From: Eledone cirrhosa
Lineage: Eukaryota
Length of the DNA stretch: 64,000 nt
Assembly (NCBI GenBank): GCA_964016885.1
Contig: OZ024743.1
Location: 301,444,001-301,508,000, forward strand
Direction: 5' to 3'
The notes below the pieces were generated by a model. The model saw nothing but the letters and a program-made list of their open reading frames with translations, was not told where the DNA came from and did not search any database. This document shows positions 24,455 through 39,179 of this stretch, one piece after another; position 1 is the first letter of the stretch, and each line of letters starts with the position of its first letter. Position numbers and translations under genes: made by a program.

Positions 24455-27400
24455 AGCGCCAGTAGTAAGGAAAGGGTGACTCTTATTGGAACCCCACGCC
24501 CTGCTAATATCGGCTTTGTGCCCGTCAATTCATTGGACCACGAATCACACTGGCACGCGACCTAGACAAGTATTAGTGTCAGCGCCTACAGGAGAGTACC
24601 CAAAGAGTAAACTAACCCCTTAACAACATAATGGTTAAAACAAGAAACAAAGTATACCGCATCGATCGTCACGCGGATTGCCAAGGACAGTAGCCCTAGG
24701 TGAAAACCCACACCGAGGTCGAAAATTCAGTAAATAGAAAAAAAACTCTCCTATACATCCCCAGTGAACCTCATACCTGGCCCATAACTCACAATGAGCC
24801 ACAGAGTGACATCACCATGGAACATGTTAAGAAGACAAAACAAATATGGAGCAGAGAAAAATCTAAAACAGTGATGGCTGTGTACTATACTGCCATCCTT
24901 TTTACAAGAGAGGACTTGTCAACACAAGAAACCTATAGTATCTGGCTTAATTCCAAGCCAAACCCCAGATAATACATGGGCTTGAATAATTTAGCTAATG
25001 TGAGAAGAGACATTATGAGCAAACAATTTCTCACAGAATCAGAATTGGATGCCATCAAAGAAGAGATAAGTGAGTAACATAACAACCCCAGTCAAGAAGG
25101 AAACCTGCATACAAGAGAAGCATCAGACGGTGAGAGTATTACTGAAACTCCCACATATGAGAACCTCCCTGAACAATAATTTGTAGGTGATGGCTCACTG
25201 GTTGATACTACTATCTGGAAATTGAAGAAATACATTGTAAGTGGGAGATTGGGAAAATGCAGGACTTGATAGACCGTACAGAACTCCATAAAGTGCCCAT
25301 ATTCACGCATCAGCTAAAGAAGAATGTCAGCCTGACTAAATAAGCGCTAGATGTAATCATAGGTGAACACGGAAAACATTGACACTTGATGATATTAATC
25401 AGCTGCAATATGCCACTGCAACCGTGATTGCTGACAAGCTGTAACCCAAAATACGAAGAGGGGAAAATAAAGACAAAGGGAATACCGAAATGGCAGAGAC
25501 ACCTAGAGATGGAGTACACAATTACAAAGTTGAAAAGAGATGTCTCTCTCGTATCCGAAAAAGATAAAGGAACTGACATCAAACTCAAAAAACTGTCTAT
25601 GCTGATGAAGAAATACAAGACAGGAAGGAAACTGCCGAATCAATCAATCAAACGATACTGGCAAAAGCACAGAGACTAAGAAGATGAAAACAAGATGCAA
25701 AAAAAAAAAATACTTAACTCATTTAAACAAAACAAGATCTTTGCTGAAGATGCCAAAATATTTTACAGAGAGTTTGGCAAGAAAAATATTTAAGTAAGAC
25801 AACAACCTGAGCTTGACGAGGTTAAAGACTTCTGGGCATATATCTGGGAAAAAGGTAAAGACAACAACTCCAATGCCAAATGGCTAGAACAATTGGGAAT
25901 CCCTGGTTGCACCCAGGAATGGAATGAGATAACCTTACAAGAAATAAAAACAGCAGTTAGCAAAGTTGAGAACTGTAAAAAACCGGGCAGAGATGCCTTG
26001 CAGAATTTCTGGCTGAAACATCTGGATGTGCTCCATGTAGTCTTGGCTGCTGAATTCTCCAGGATTTTAGCAAACCCAAGAGAGGTTCCCAATTGGATGA
26101 CAACTGGAATAACTTATCTTCCACCGAAGAATGAATGCACAAAAAACTACAAACCAATAACGTGTCTCCTGACGATGTGCTATACACTTATTACTTTGTC
26201 TGGGGAGATATTTTGCCACCTGAACAAAAAAGGCTGTAAGCGAGAGAGTTATGGGCGCAAAGATCGGCTACTAATAAATAGAAACGGGAAACTGCAAACA
26301 GAAAAATAAAATTCCGTCAATGGCCTGGGTAGAGTACAATTAAGTCATTCGACAGCGTACCACATTCGTAGATCATAAAGACACTAGAAATGGATCACAT
26401 ATCAAGAAATCACAACATTCTTATAGGAATGATGACAGACTTGAAAACTCTGATGTTCCTACAACAACACAACGGACCACTGAAATCTAGACAGATTGGA
26501 ATTAATCGTAGAATATTGGAAGGCGACACATTGTCTCCTTTGTTGCTCTGTATGTCACTTACTCCGCTGAATCAGTTACTGCAGAGGACAGGCTATGGAT
26601 ATAATGGAGACAACATACAGAACAATCACCTTCTTTATATGGATGATATCAATTTATTTGGAAACAATGATGTGTAGATGAAAGGTGTACTGCACATAGT
26701 GAACCACTTCAGTGCTGATATCCATATGGAATTTGTCTGGGTAAATGTGCAAACCTCACATTCAAGAGAAGGTTGCTCTCTAACCATACATATATTGTCA
26801 TAGATCAACAAAACACCACAGAGGAACATAGCAATATCTTGAAATTAATCAAGGAAATGGAAACCAGCATGCAAGTATGACGGAAAATATACGTAAAGAG
26901 TACATAAGGGAAATGAGACTGGTAACAAAAAGCGTGTTAAACTTCTGCAACAAGTTCAAACCATTAACAGTCTAGTAAACAACATAACTGGAGCCTACAA
27001 GAAGTACAAACGTTGGACACAAAGGCAAGAAAACAATTGACAACGGAAAGAATGTACCGCTCTAAAGCCGATGTACATAGGCTGTATATGTCATGCAGAA
27101 AGGTGGACAGGGGTTCTATAACTGGATGAACGAATTAAAAAAAGATTAGACTCAATAATAAAAGAGGCAAGCAAATTGAGACAAACACTGAATATGGATG
27201 ACGACATATCCATAGAAAACCAACAAAAGTGTGCTACAGAACTAGCTATGACTGAAGATCAAAGCCATGAAACTCCAAACAGAGGAGGTAAATCGCGAAT
27301 GGAAGGCAAGAGGCATTCTACATGGTATACATGGTCTCAGAACGTTTTTCTGGCAATGGTGTTGATCAGCATGACTCACTATTCAGGCTCAGACGTGTTG

Positions 27401-28115
27401 GTTTGAAAGCACTCTTAGACCAATCTCTAAACATTCGGACCTATAGAAACAGAATATTGAAAGAATAAACTGTAGATCCTGTAATCTCCGTGTGTCCAGA
27501 GCAGGCAAAAACTAACTAGAAATAAACAACCGCATTGCTAAATATGTTCACTGGATCCTCTGCCGCTCTCATGACATCGAAACCTCTGTTAAATGGAATG
27601 CACATCAACCAACAGCAGTGAAGTAAAAGGGCAACATAACAATCTTGTTAGGATATGTCTGTGATAATCGAGCGAGAGATCTCTGCCAACTGTCCAGAAA
27701 TCCTCATTGAAAAAATGAACCAGATAGGACATGTAGACATATAGATAATTCCGTAACAGCTGACAATTATATATTTGAAAAAACTATGGAAAAACTGTCA
27801 AAATACTAAGACGTGGAAATAGAAATCAATCATACGTGGAAGATGATCACAAACGCTATCACTCTGGTAGTAGGAGCATTAGGATTAATACCCTAATCCT
27901 CAGACCTGCACCTTAGCACCCTTCCCTGAAAAATCAGCAAATATGAGCTACAGAAGATCAGTCTACTAGGAACAATACATGTCCTCAGACAAGCCCTGTC
28001 ACTACAATGAAAACCTCTATTGCCCTAGGTTCAAGGCCAGAACCTGACAATAGACAAAGAGAACTGATATAAACAAAATAGCCCAACAATAATACTAAAA
28101 GTAACGATAATAATA
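24455..28115 (+). mobile_element. Near-full-length, heavily degenerate R4/Dong-clade element (family C)
   Basis: Fragments WSREKSKTVMAVYY, KKPGRDALQNFWLK, YKPITCL, ILEGDTLSPLL, HLLYMDDINLF, RLE C-terminus; decayed (TAA)n tail. Confidence 0.88.
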
Positions 28116-28140
28116 AAGACACCTCTACGCTATTATTATA

Positions 28141-28320
28141 TTGGCAGTATCGCTAGAGGGTCGGACATGCTTTCCAGCCTAGTTACGTCCCTTTTTAATC
28201 TGAGTTCAAATCAATCTAAGGTTAAAATTGCTTTTCATCCTTACGGGGTCGATAAAATAAAGTACCAGTAATGCACTGGGTAATTTGCCGGCCTTGTGCC
28301 AAAAGTAGAAACAAATATTA
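28141..28320 (+). mobile_element. tRNA-derived SINE
   Basis: gagttcaaatc B-box-like motif plus the shared core. Confidence 0.8.
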
Positions 28321-28791
28321 TGGTATTGAGTATTTTATATTATGGTAATTTCTCGATGTAGATCTGTATTCCATATATATATATATATATATATATATAC
28401 ACCCACACACACCACACACACATATATATATATGTGTATGTGTGTTTATTTCAGTATGTGTGTGTGTATGTATATATAAAATGGAATCTAAATTATGTTT
28501 CCATACCTACTCTTATCTATCTAGTATTACTCCTAATCCATCTATTACTGTGCAATCTAATTACAGTTAAGCAGCTTACGCATGTTTTCCATTTCTGCTA
28601 CAAGATATCCGTGTAACCACAACGTAAATTCAGTGTTCATTTTCTCTTATATGTTATCTTTACAAACTGTAGACCTCCACATAATGTATTATACCGTGTC
28701 TATACATGTGTTATGATTACTATAATATATATTATTATTATTAAAGATTCTGATCGAATACACACACGCACACACTCTCAGACTCACATAT

Positions 28792-28894
<103 letters not shown>

Positions 28895-28956
28895 TCGTTT
28901 CTGAATTTGTTTAGCAAGATTCTTTATCTGAAATCGTGTGTTGAAACCGATATTGT

Positions 28957-30289
28957 GAGGGTCATGTTGCCAATAAGAAACACACGCACCAGTCGCTTTC
29001 ACTTCAAGTTATTATATAATTATAAATTTATAAATTCGTAAATTTATAAATTTCAGGTTGGTTGGTTGGTTCCACAACCAGATAGTTGTTTATATATAGT
29101 CATATTTCTTTCGTCACACACTATGTGACCTCTTCAGTGACTAGGGATTCCTTTCTTTGTTTCTGTGCCTCTCCTTTGTTCTGTCCTACGCCATTTTGTT
29201 TCTCTGTGTGTGTTGTGTGCTCAGTCTGCGCATGCGCCACATCCGGGTGTCTGTGTGTGTTTATGTTCATTTATTTATTTGTTTATTTACCTGTTACTGG
29301 TTGGTTGTTTGTTCTATGTGTGTGTGTGTTTTCATTGTGTCCTTAATTGTAAGTTGTGATGTCGCTGTTCCACTCATATTTTCTATTTAATTTTGGTTGT
29401 AATTCTTTTATGTAATTCTCTATAATTTGTCTAAACATTGCGTCTTTTCTATGTGTAGATTCTATTTTTATTTCTATGTACTCTAATTTACCCTTGTGTT
29501 CTATCTTAGCATGTTGGTAGAGTACAGATGATTCTTTATTATCTTGAAGGTCTCGCCAGTGTTCATTTATCCGTTCCCCTACACTACGAGCTGTCTCACC
29601 TATGTACATTATATTTTTGTCTCTACATTGTCCTTCAGTACATCTTATGCTATACACTACATTTCTAGTTTTACAGTTAATATGGGGGCTTATTTTACAG
29701 GTTATACATTTCTTATCTATACATGAGGGTCTTTGAAAAGGGTATGTCTTGCTAATAAGTGTTTTTACGGAGGTACCTGGTCTTTCTACTATCTTAATAT
29801 TGAGTTTATGTTTATTCAGGGCCCTTCTAAATGTGTAAGCTAATTCACCTCTAGGGGTTGTATTGATGAACATTACACTCTGGTATGTATTGCTATCATA
29901 CCATGAGTTTATTATATTAGCCTTGTTCCTAGTTCTTTCTATTCTATTCCAAAATTTGCTCCTATACAAGGGGCAGGTCCCATTTATGTCATTATTTACC
30001 ATTTTTTCCCATTTGGTTCTGGCTCCTCTATACACTCTGATTTTATCTCTCTGCTTGTAGCCAGAGAACTGCATACGGTGGATGAAGTGTTGTATGTGTC
30101 TCTCTAGTTCTTCGGGTCACAGAGTGTGTGACGAAAGAACTATGACTATATATAAACAACTATCTGGTTGTGGAACCAACCAACCAAACAGAAATTTATA
30201 AATTTATAAATTTATAAATTTATAATAAATTGAAGCGAAAGCAACTGGTGCGTGTGTTTCTTATTGGCAACATGACCCTCCAAGAGTAT

Positions 30290-30295
<6 letters not shown>
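28957..30295 (-). mobile_element. 5'-truncated PLE, Neptune/Nematis-like, with inverted pLTR fragment
   Basis: ORF 29343-30074: GTCPLYR..W, CIDKKCITC..NCKTRNVVYSIRC, YIGETARS..R..EH, PKLNRK. Inverted arms 28957-29130 and 30115-30280. Confidence 0.88.
29097..29143 (-). ncRNA. Minimal type I hammerhead
   Basis: Reverse complement: tagtca-CTGAAGA-g-gtcac-atagtgt-gtgac-GAAA-gaaa-TA-tgacta; perfect 6-bp stem I. Confidence 0.8.
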
Positions 30296-30338
<43 letters not shown>

Positions 30339-30341
<3 letters not shown>

Positions 30342-31239
30342 GGTGTTCGGGATAAATTTGACAGAATAATATTTGGTTATTTTTTCAGATGTTTTAAATT
30401 CATTCATGCCCACTAGGCTTTATTTGAAAGTTTAAACCCTCCTTCACTCATATATGTGATGACAACGAGAATGGATGACTGGGAGCCACCTGAATCATGG
30501 AAGAGAATAACTTGTATCATGATGATTCGCGCCGGCCATCAAAATAAGGAGATTATGGTCGCTGCTCAATGCTCCCTGAACACTCTAAAAACAATCCGGC
30601 ATGAACTGGACAATTGCAACGGAGACTACGAGGCTGTGGCTAGAAGAAAGAAACATAACAGAAGATCTGATTGCTCTCGCACAGCAGAATTCCTCGAAAA
30701 TCTGCAGAAAAAAGTGTTGGAGGACCCTGGCATCGGAATTCGGTCTTTGTCGCATGAATTGAAGCCCTGGATAACAAGGGTAGCCAATAATAGGCCGTAT
30801 GTATGGCAGGTGGATTCGGCCCCCTGCCACCCCTCGGGGAAAAGTAAAAAATGGTTGTCAGCCAAGTTTTACGACTACACCAGTCCCAATGTTTGGCCTC
30901 CGAACTCCCCTGATCTTAACCCGATGGACTATTAAGTATGGGGCGCTGTAGAGAAAGACACCAATCGCCGTGCCAGTACTACAAAAGCCCAGTTAATCGA
31001 CAGAATTAAAGTAGTTATTGAGGGCCTTCCCAGGCAAAGTGTAAAATCAGCTTGCTCTAGGGCCCGGGCCCGGATTGAGGCTGTAATAGACGCTAATGGA
31101 GGTTATTTTGAGTAAAACTCTTTGACAATAGTGTAATTTCCTTCTCCATTGAATTTCTTTTAAACCAAATAAATTTTGTAGATACGAAGCACTTTTTCTT
31201 TTTCCTGATGAAACTGTCAAATCTATCCCGAACACCCTG
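30339..31239 (+). mobile_element. Tc1/mariner DD37D (maT-type) transposon, internally deleted
   Basis: TIRs cagggtgttcgggataaatttgacag / ctgtcaaatctatcccgaacaccctg with TA flanks. ORF 30456-30935 has DSAPCH..WPPNSPDLNPMD with 37 aa between the 2nd and 3rd D; the first catalytic D region is missing. Confidence 0.92.
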
Positions 31240-31264
31240 TATATATATATATACATATATATAT

Positions 31265-31319
<55 letters not shown>

Positions 31320-31417
31320 AACCAGTCTTACTGGTTCCTATTACCCACTCTACTACCTCAAGTATTGAGTACTTTGGTGCGTTATGGTCCACCTGGTTCC
31401 TTACCACATTTCCTTCG

Positions 31418-31500
<83 letters not shown>

Positions 31501-32014
31501 CACAATTAGACTTTTATTTCTCGTTCACATATAGCTGCTTACATAAATGTATTTACGAGTTTTATATCGAATAATGATAATAATATTCGATTTGTTTGCA
31601 TGCAAACTGCCTCATTACGGTTTTTATAGATGACCACAGTTTTATCTCGCAGTTGCATATAGAAACATTCAGCATGTTTCCGTGTTATTATCGATTGTGA
31701 GGACTGTGTGTTCCTCTGTTTCCCTCTTGAACTGTTGAAAATAAATAATATTTTCTAAATATATATATATATAGGTTGATCTTCTCCTATTTGCATAAAG
31801 TGTGATTTTAGGGCTGCCGTTGCCACAAAGTATAAAGAAAGATAGAATTTATTTATTTTTTATTTTTTGTTACATGTATGTACGACCATAGTTATCTGAG
31901 TCCCCACGCCGGAAGTAGAGCCAATGTAAAAATGCCTCCTCCAATATACAGTGTTGGCAATATCTGGACCCCGAAACCAATAGTCGCACATACATGTATG
32001 AAACGTTGGTTATA

Positions 32015-32055
<41 letters not shown>

Positions 32056-32117
32056 ACTCACTCACTCTCTCTCTCTCTCACTCACTCACTCTCTCTCTCT
32101 CTCTCACTCACTCTCTC

Positions 32118-32173
<56 letters not shown>

Positions 32174-32899
32174 AATATACACACGAATGAATGTATGTTT
32201 GTATGTATGTATGTATCTTTTTTGTAAATCAAACAACTTCTTTAAAACTTTAAAATTGTTTTAAATCAAATATATTTATATGTATGTACAGAGACAAACG
32301 TGCAACCAATTGCTCAGACACCCACAGAGAATGTACACGTTTACACATTTTTAGATAGCCGTTGACTCTGATGAATTGTTCCGCTCTTGTCAGGTTTTAT
32401 CTTTGTGCTGCTAGGTGTACAAAATCTGCATACTCCCCAAGTAAACATAGGTTGTCTGTTTATTCACGGAAGACCCAAACATGCGTTATGTTATATTGTG
32501 ATACATATTTCCAGTAGCACTCTAGCGCGTCCTGACCATTTAAACAAATAACCTTCTAAACAAAAGTTCCATTTTTTTCTTTTTATTATACTTTCAAATG
32601 GGATTGAGTCCCTGGTCTACGTTTTTGAAAGAGTGAGCACATCATTGCAACTGATTTGCAGATATTGTAGGCTGCAGATGGGTGTGAAAGAAGCCGAGAT
32701 GTTGTTATAGTATCTTTCAAAAAGAGGGAAACTTTGAAATAAAGAATGCGGTTGGTGTGATTACTGGTCATCAGGCTTAGGCTTGTCACCAGATAATCAT
32801 CGCTAAAACTTAGAGAATGGTGATCGTGTAGTGCAAGCGTTTGCAATTATAATCCAATGATGTACAAGTGTATCTTTTGTGATCTTCTCAGCTGTCATT

Positions 32900-35800
32900 T
32901 TAACAGCTGAACGTCCTAAGGTGTTGGAGGAGTAGTGACGTGTGCAGACCGTTGGAAGCATATAGTTGAAATCTACACGGCGACAGAGGACTTAAGATAA
33001 CATCGTTGTTATGTCTTCCTATGTCAGATGGTAACTACGGTGGAGACGCTTGTGACCGATCAGCGCTATAAGGAAGAGCGCTGCTCACCCAAATTCTTGG
33101 TAAGGTGCCAGAAATGGTGCGTCGTCACATCGACGTTCAGTAGTTTACTGCGGCTATTGACGGTTCATTCAGGCAGGAAAAGAAAAAAACGTGAAATACA
33201 AAGTAATGGGATGCTCTTGGCTATTACGTTATCGGTAAGACGAATGGTTTGAAGGAGATTGTGTTCTGTTCGGACCTCAATGTAGCAATTTACCATACAT
33301 TCTTCCGCCGAAAAAAGAAGCATAAAGTTAACTGGATAAAGACAAGGTCAAAAGATGGCCACATGATAAATTCCATAGAAAACGGGAGATGCTTGCTGAA
33401 TGGTATCTGTAATTTGCACATGATTCGTAGTGCAGAATGCAACTCAGACCATAGATGGTTCTGGGGATATTTAAGTTATGTATTCGTAAAAAAAAACTCA
33501 TATGTTTAGGAGCAAAACCTTGAAGCGTATTGATGTTGGAAAGAGGTACGTAGGGATTTGAATACAGGGTTGAATAATATTAATTTATTAATTTCAGGGA
33601 TTAACTGTATACATAAGGAGCAGAGCAGAAATAAAACATATAGACTGAGTTGATAATAATAATCACGTTCACAGCCAACTATTAAAAAAAAAAACATGCT
33701 CTTCGTGAAACGTTTTTATGAGAATGCACTACGAATTTAACTGCTACTAAAAAGACATGTAAATAATATGAATTACAAGGTGAGCAGAGGGGGCTGATCA
33801 TAAATGGTGGTTGAAGATCTCTGAAGATATTCAACGTGCTTTTAATGTAAAGGATTCGAAATTGTTTTACAGTCGTTTGCTTGCAGTATATGGTCCAACA
33901 ACCTCGTGTATTGTACCTATAAAGTCCAAAGACGATACTGCCATCATGTTAGAATCAGGAAATATCCTGAAGCCTTGGCAAGAACATTACACTGACTTAT
34001 TTGATAATCCATCATCAGTTGATCATAATATGCTAGATGGCATCCTCCAATGTGTTGTAAATTTTAAAATGGATCGATTACCAGATTATAACGAAGTTAA
34101 AATGGCATGAACCATTTAAACACTGCTAAAGCTACTGGATCAGATGGATTCCCTGTGGAATTATTAAAGGTTGGCAATAATATTCATCACATAGTGCAGG
34201 GCTGGCGCTCCTATACCACAACATTTGATAGATAGATTTCGTGACCTTGTTTAAAGCTAAGGGATTAAAAGAATTTGCGATCACTACCGTGGCATCACTT
34301 TCTTTGAGTCTGTGGGCATAGTTCTTGATAGATTATTCTGGAACAGGTTGATGGAGGACCTGTGTCCTAAAGTAATACCTGAATTACGAAGTGTATTTAG
34401 ATCTGGCAGACGGACGATTGATATGATCTTCTCTGCAAGGCAAATACAGGAGAAATCTATTGAGCAGCGAGTTTCTAAATATCAGGTTTTGATGATCTGA
34501 CAAAGGCTTTTCATACGGTGAACAGAGGTGCACTGTGGAAAATTCAAGATAACATAGGGCCAACTTGTATTGATATGTTCGTCCGACTGCACAGAAAATG
34601 AAGTTTCGGGTTGTATTGAAAGGAGAATTGTACAATCAAATCCCAGTTGATAATGGCATGAAGCCGGGAGATATCCCTGCCCCACGGTGTTTTCAATATG
34701 TTTTGCTGTGATGTTGACTCATACATTCCAGGAGTCTGCAAAGAGTGTTTTATTGCAAATTAGAACTACAGGAAGAATATTTTACCTAAGGATGTTCAAT
34801 TCCAAATATTAATTATAGAACACCTGTATAAAGACGATGCTGAGTTTTTGGCTCACTCTCAAGATGACATGCAACAGACCATGGATTGTTTTACAGCTTC
34901 TTGTAAAGCCTTTGACATGAAACTTAATCTAAATTGACTAAGGTAATGTTCATCCCATCACCAGGGGAAGCATATATTGCGCCAAATATAATGTTACATG
35001 GAACTAGCTTCAATGTAGTTGATACTTGTTTTACCTGCGTAGTGCATTGTCAAGAGATGGCTCACTGCATGCAGAACTACACTTGCGCATTCAGAAGCCC
35101 TCTGTGGCATTAGAAAAACTTGAAATGTGAATGTGGGCAGATCATGGCATCAATAAGAATATCAAGATAGTGCGTACAAGGATTGCGTTCTGAGAGCTCG
35201 TTTGTACTTTTCGTGAACGTGGACAGTACATCATAGATACCTTAATTTGCTGGAATACTTTAATCAAAAGTGTTTATGATTAATCCTAAACATCAAATGA
35301 TTGACACACAAATCCTTACAGATGTTGGTTGCACGAGCCTTGTATCTACCATTATATCCTCAAATGCATTGAGTAGGCAATATTGTGCACATGAATGTGG
35401 AAAGTCTCCCAAAACAGCTATTGTACAGTCAATTGCACACTGGGAAACGCCCTCAGCACAAACCAAGAGAAAGATATAAAATTGCATAAAATCAACCTTA
35501 AAGATCTACAGTTTGAAGTTCAGAACTTGAACATGCTTGCTTTAAAGAGGGATAAATAGAGAGGACATGTGAAGGAGGTCTGTAGAGTGTTTGAAGGGAG
35601 GCGTTTTGACATTGAAAAAAAACACAAACGTCAAATGATCCTCAATAAGAGCATAGGCAGCTGGATTTATGAGTTGTGTAGTTGTCTACTACTTCCTATA
35701 ACTGGGTACATCACTCCCTTAAAAATCACATAAAAATCCAACTGAATGCAGCTCTATCTCTCCAATGATTGGTGAAACAACATGTGTAGTGTGCAAACCA

Positions 35801-36020
35801 ATATTTGGTCTTAAAAGGCATTTGAGCGTAGGTAAGGATGACATCCCACAAACTGATCCAATCAATCACGTAGAAGGCACATCCTTTGTCTGTCATTTGC
35901 TGCAGACCGTGCAAATATAATGCTGGATTTCAAAGCATTCCAAGAAGCCATGAACGGTGGTTTGGAGTTGATGGGTTTGTATGGGGAGACGGCTATCATC
36001 TGCAATGATGAAGCAATCAT
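32900..36020 (+). mobile_element. Degenerate RTE/BovB-like LINE (APE endonuclease plus RT)
   Basis: Fragments SDLN.., W...RSK.GH, SDHR, WQEHYTDL, FRSGRRTIDMIFSARQIQEKSIEQ, DLTKAF.TVNR; many stops and frameshifts. Confidence 0.85.
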
Positions 36021-36299
36021 CATGTATGTATGCATGTAATCGAAATACGGATCTCTTGGACGCCGATATTTTAACGTTACAGTCATTTATATCGGGCGAC
36101 AATATTTCTTAAGCCATTATAATATTCGCATATCTAGTGTCAGTGTATTTTTTACAAACAAGTTATTTAATTGTCATGTCCTCTTCGCGTAATCGGTATC
36201 GACCGCCCTCCTAGACCAAATATGTAATTAAGTACAACTTCCTGAACACCGATGAATACTTCTACTCGTATCCACATGAGTGTCTGCTCCTAAGCTTGG

Positions 36300-36760
36300 C
36301 TAGATGTGGTTCCGCCACAGCTGGACACATGCTGTCCTTTTTCATTAAACTCTGCCAATTCCAATGCAGCGCAGGGTTGTTCCAGCAAGGGCATTACAGG
36401 AGGTGCTGCGTAGTCTGTGTTTCGATGCCGCAGCGATACACAACGTCCCTATCATTTAAATATCCCCATTTCGGCAAATTGGCTTTTTCACGACGACACC
36501 ATATCTTAATCTGTTGAGGCATTTCCACACTATATAGTTTGTATCTGCTCCGTATTTGTTTCACGCAAAATCTATCACCTGGTGATGAAATCAATATCAG
36601 CTTCTGAGATGAAAGCCAGTGCGTGGTGTTAAACTTTCTATAGGACTAACCAGAGACAGGCTTTGACATGTTATTGGGTTATTAATATATTATAGTACAT
36701 GACTAACTCATCTGATTCTCTTGTATGTCTATTTCCTAACATTCTGAGTGAGTTACTAGC
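36300..36760 (-). mobile_element. 3' fragment of another LINE (RTE-X-like CCHC C-terminus)
   Basis: KANLPKWGY...CGIETQTTQHLL motif. Confidence 0.55.
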
Positions 36761-37568
36761 TCCCACTAACGGTCTCTGAACAACGCCGTATCCTAATAAC
36801 GTTACTGATTAATTTTAGGGAAAAAAATAAAAGGAAAATCGATATGAATATATTCAGCTCTAGTGTCTAAAATATCTGATAGTTGGGAGGTGGTGTGTGT
36901 TGCAGCATCCGTATAATATAAAGAATGATCAAAGTAACGTGCGAACATAGTGAGAATCTATTTACTTGTCGCAGAAACTAGAAACTTCATGAAATCAGAT
37001 TATAACATAATAAATGTTGATACCCTGATATATGGACAACTGTGGTTATAAAAATGGTGTAACGTGAAATGCTGAAATGATTATGATTATATGTGCGCTA
37101 TGATCATTGTTGAGCTAGCACAGATAAAGATTTTTAAACGCGACATTGCTAAACGAAAATCAACTGGTACATATCATGAATACCAGTTTTAATCTAAACA
37201 ATATTACAGCGAATTATATATTGCTTTTAAAATCAGACTAAAATTTGATATGGACATTTATGACTATCCTCGTTTGTATTGCTATGTTCATCCATACAGA
37301 AGTTATAAACTATGACTAGAATAGAAGAAATATTTGATTTTGGAAAAATATTGTATAAAGTTTAAGAGAGTAAAACAAAATCATTGACTATTTTAATTTC
37401 TGCTTTTTTTTTAAAACCGACTTATTACAAATTGTATTATATTTATTTCTATAGAAATATTTTAATTTCTTTTGCACAGTATTTTATATAAAAATGTTTA
37501 CATTAATTCAATTACATATGTACGCTTATATATTCTATCCATCTATCAATTCTCTCTCTCTCGCTCTC

Positions 37569-37689
<121 letters not shown>

Positions 37690-37813
37690 GTATAGAGAGA
37701 GAGGGAGAGAGAGATATATATATATTTGAAGAAGTGGGTAACTCTTCATAAAAATCGAAGATTATAGGTAAAAGTGGATATATGTGTGTGTGTATGTTTG
37801 TTGATGAATTCAA

Positions 37814-37894
37814 ATCCTTACGTGGTCGATAAAGTAAAGCACCAGTAATGCACTGGATAATTGCTGGCCTTGTGCCAAAAGTAGAAACAATTAT
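37814..37894 (+). mobile_element. SINE fragment
   Basis: Shared core and tail. Confidence 0.75.
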
Positions 37895-37899
37895 CTACT

Positions 37900-39160
37900 G
37901 TATCAGAGCTTCTGTAGATTATTTCATGCCCAGGGAACTTGTTGACCGTGAACTCATTCACAAATTTTGCGGTATCTGTTGTTGGAGTGATAATGGCTCT
38001 ATTTGCAAGCCATAGTCAGTTTGTGCAGTTTCCTGGAAGAAAATCACACAGTCCAGACACATTACCATATTCCAGACAAAGTTCATTTGGCAGATGAATT
38101 GTGAATGCACCTACAGTTGGAACAGTTGGAATGTTACCATTTCCCACATCAAGAAGGTAGTTTTTTCAAACTGTCTTTCATCAGCATATTTTGCATTAAT
38201 TAACCGTTGATTGGTTGTCATCTCCATGGTTTCCACATAGTTCCAGATATAGAATCTCTTGATGGTTGCCTCAACTATTTGTGGTCTAGCACCATGACAT
38301 ACAACTGGAAGTATTTGCTTCCAGTCAACAGATAGTAATACTGTTAGACCACCAAAAGGCATTTTGCAATCTGGAACATCTTTGAAGCTCCTGTCAAGGC
38401 GTTCAAAGATATGCTTATGTCCCATACCTATCTCCTCAATGGTTAACAGGTCAGCTTGCTGCATAAGTTTACTTGTGCCGTCCCTCTTTGCGAAGAAGCA
38501 AGTTGATTCAGCAGTCACATTGAGAGGAATCTTGCACTTGGAATGAAGTGTTCTACCTTTGTGAAGCAAAGTGGCTGCCATTCCAGATATGGCTGTGGCA
38601 AGTGCAATTATTTTTTTTTAGATCTGAGGTAATTCAATAGAATGTTTATGACATAGCTCTTTCCTGTACCTGCACTTGCATTCAAGCAGAAAATTCTGCC
38701 TTCATTTTCATTTACAGAGGTGATTACTTTGTGAAAAATAACCAGTTGCTCAGGATTCATTGTTGGCAGAAGTTCATTTATGTTTGCTTGCAGTTGGTGT
38801 GTATTGAAATCAGTTGCTGCCATAATAACCTTGTTGATTTCTGGTATGGCAACAATAGTTGGGTATGGCGAGGAAGTCCATAGTTGGCATGAATGTCCAA
38901 GCCATCATGGTGATGTCTTTGTTGCATCTTCTGTCGAACAATCTACACGGTCTGCATGGACATTACTTGCTCATGACGTTCATGAATGATATCCTCTGCA
39001 AGATAATTCTTCCATTTCTCACAGAACTGCAGAGGGACATTTGGCATGCAGTATAATAAAATGGTACAGAAGATCTCTCGCAGCTGAGGACCAAGCGTAA
39101 TGGATGAGGCCTCTTTCATAGCTTTGTCTTTTTCTGCATCTTCAACTAACACACCCGACT
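37900..39160 (-). mobile_element. Helitron helicase internal fragment (second family)
   Basis: LNASAGTGKSY, AATLL..GRTLHS...IP, PFGGLTVLLS.DWKQILPV, QLREIFCTILLYC. Confidence 0.88.
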
Positions 39161-39179
39161 GTGAAATGATTACAACTTC

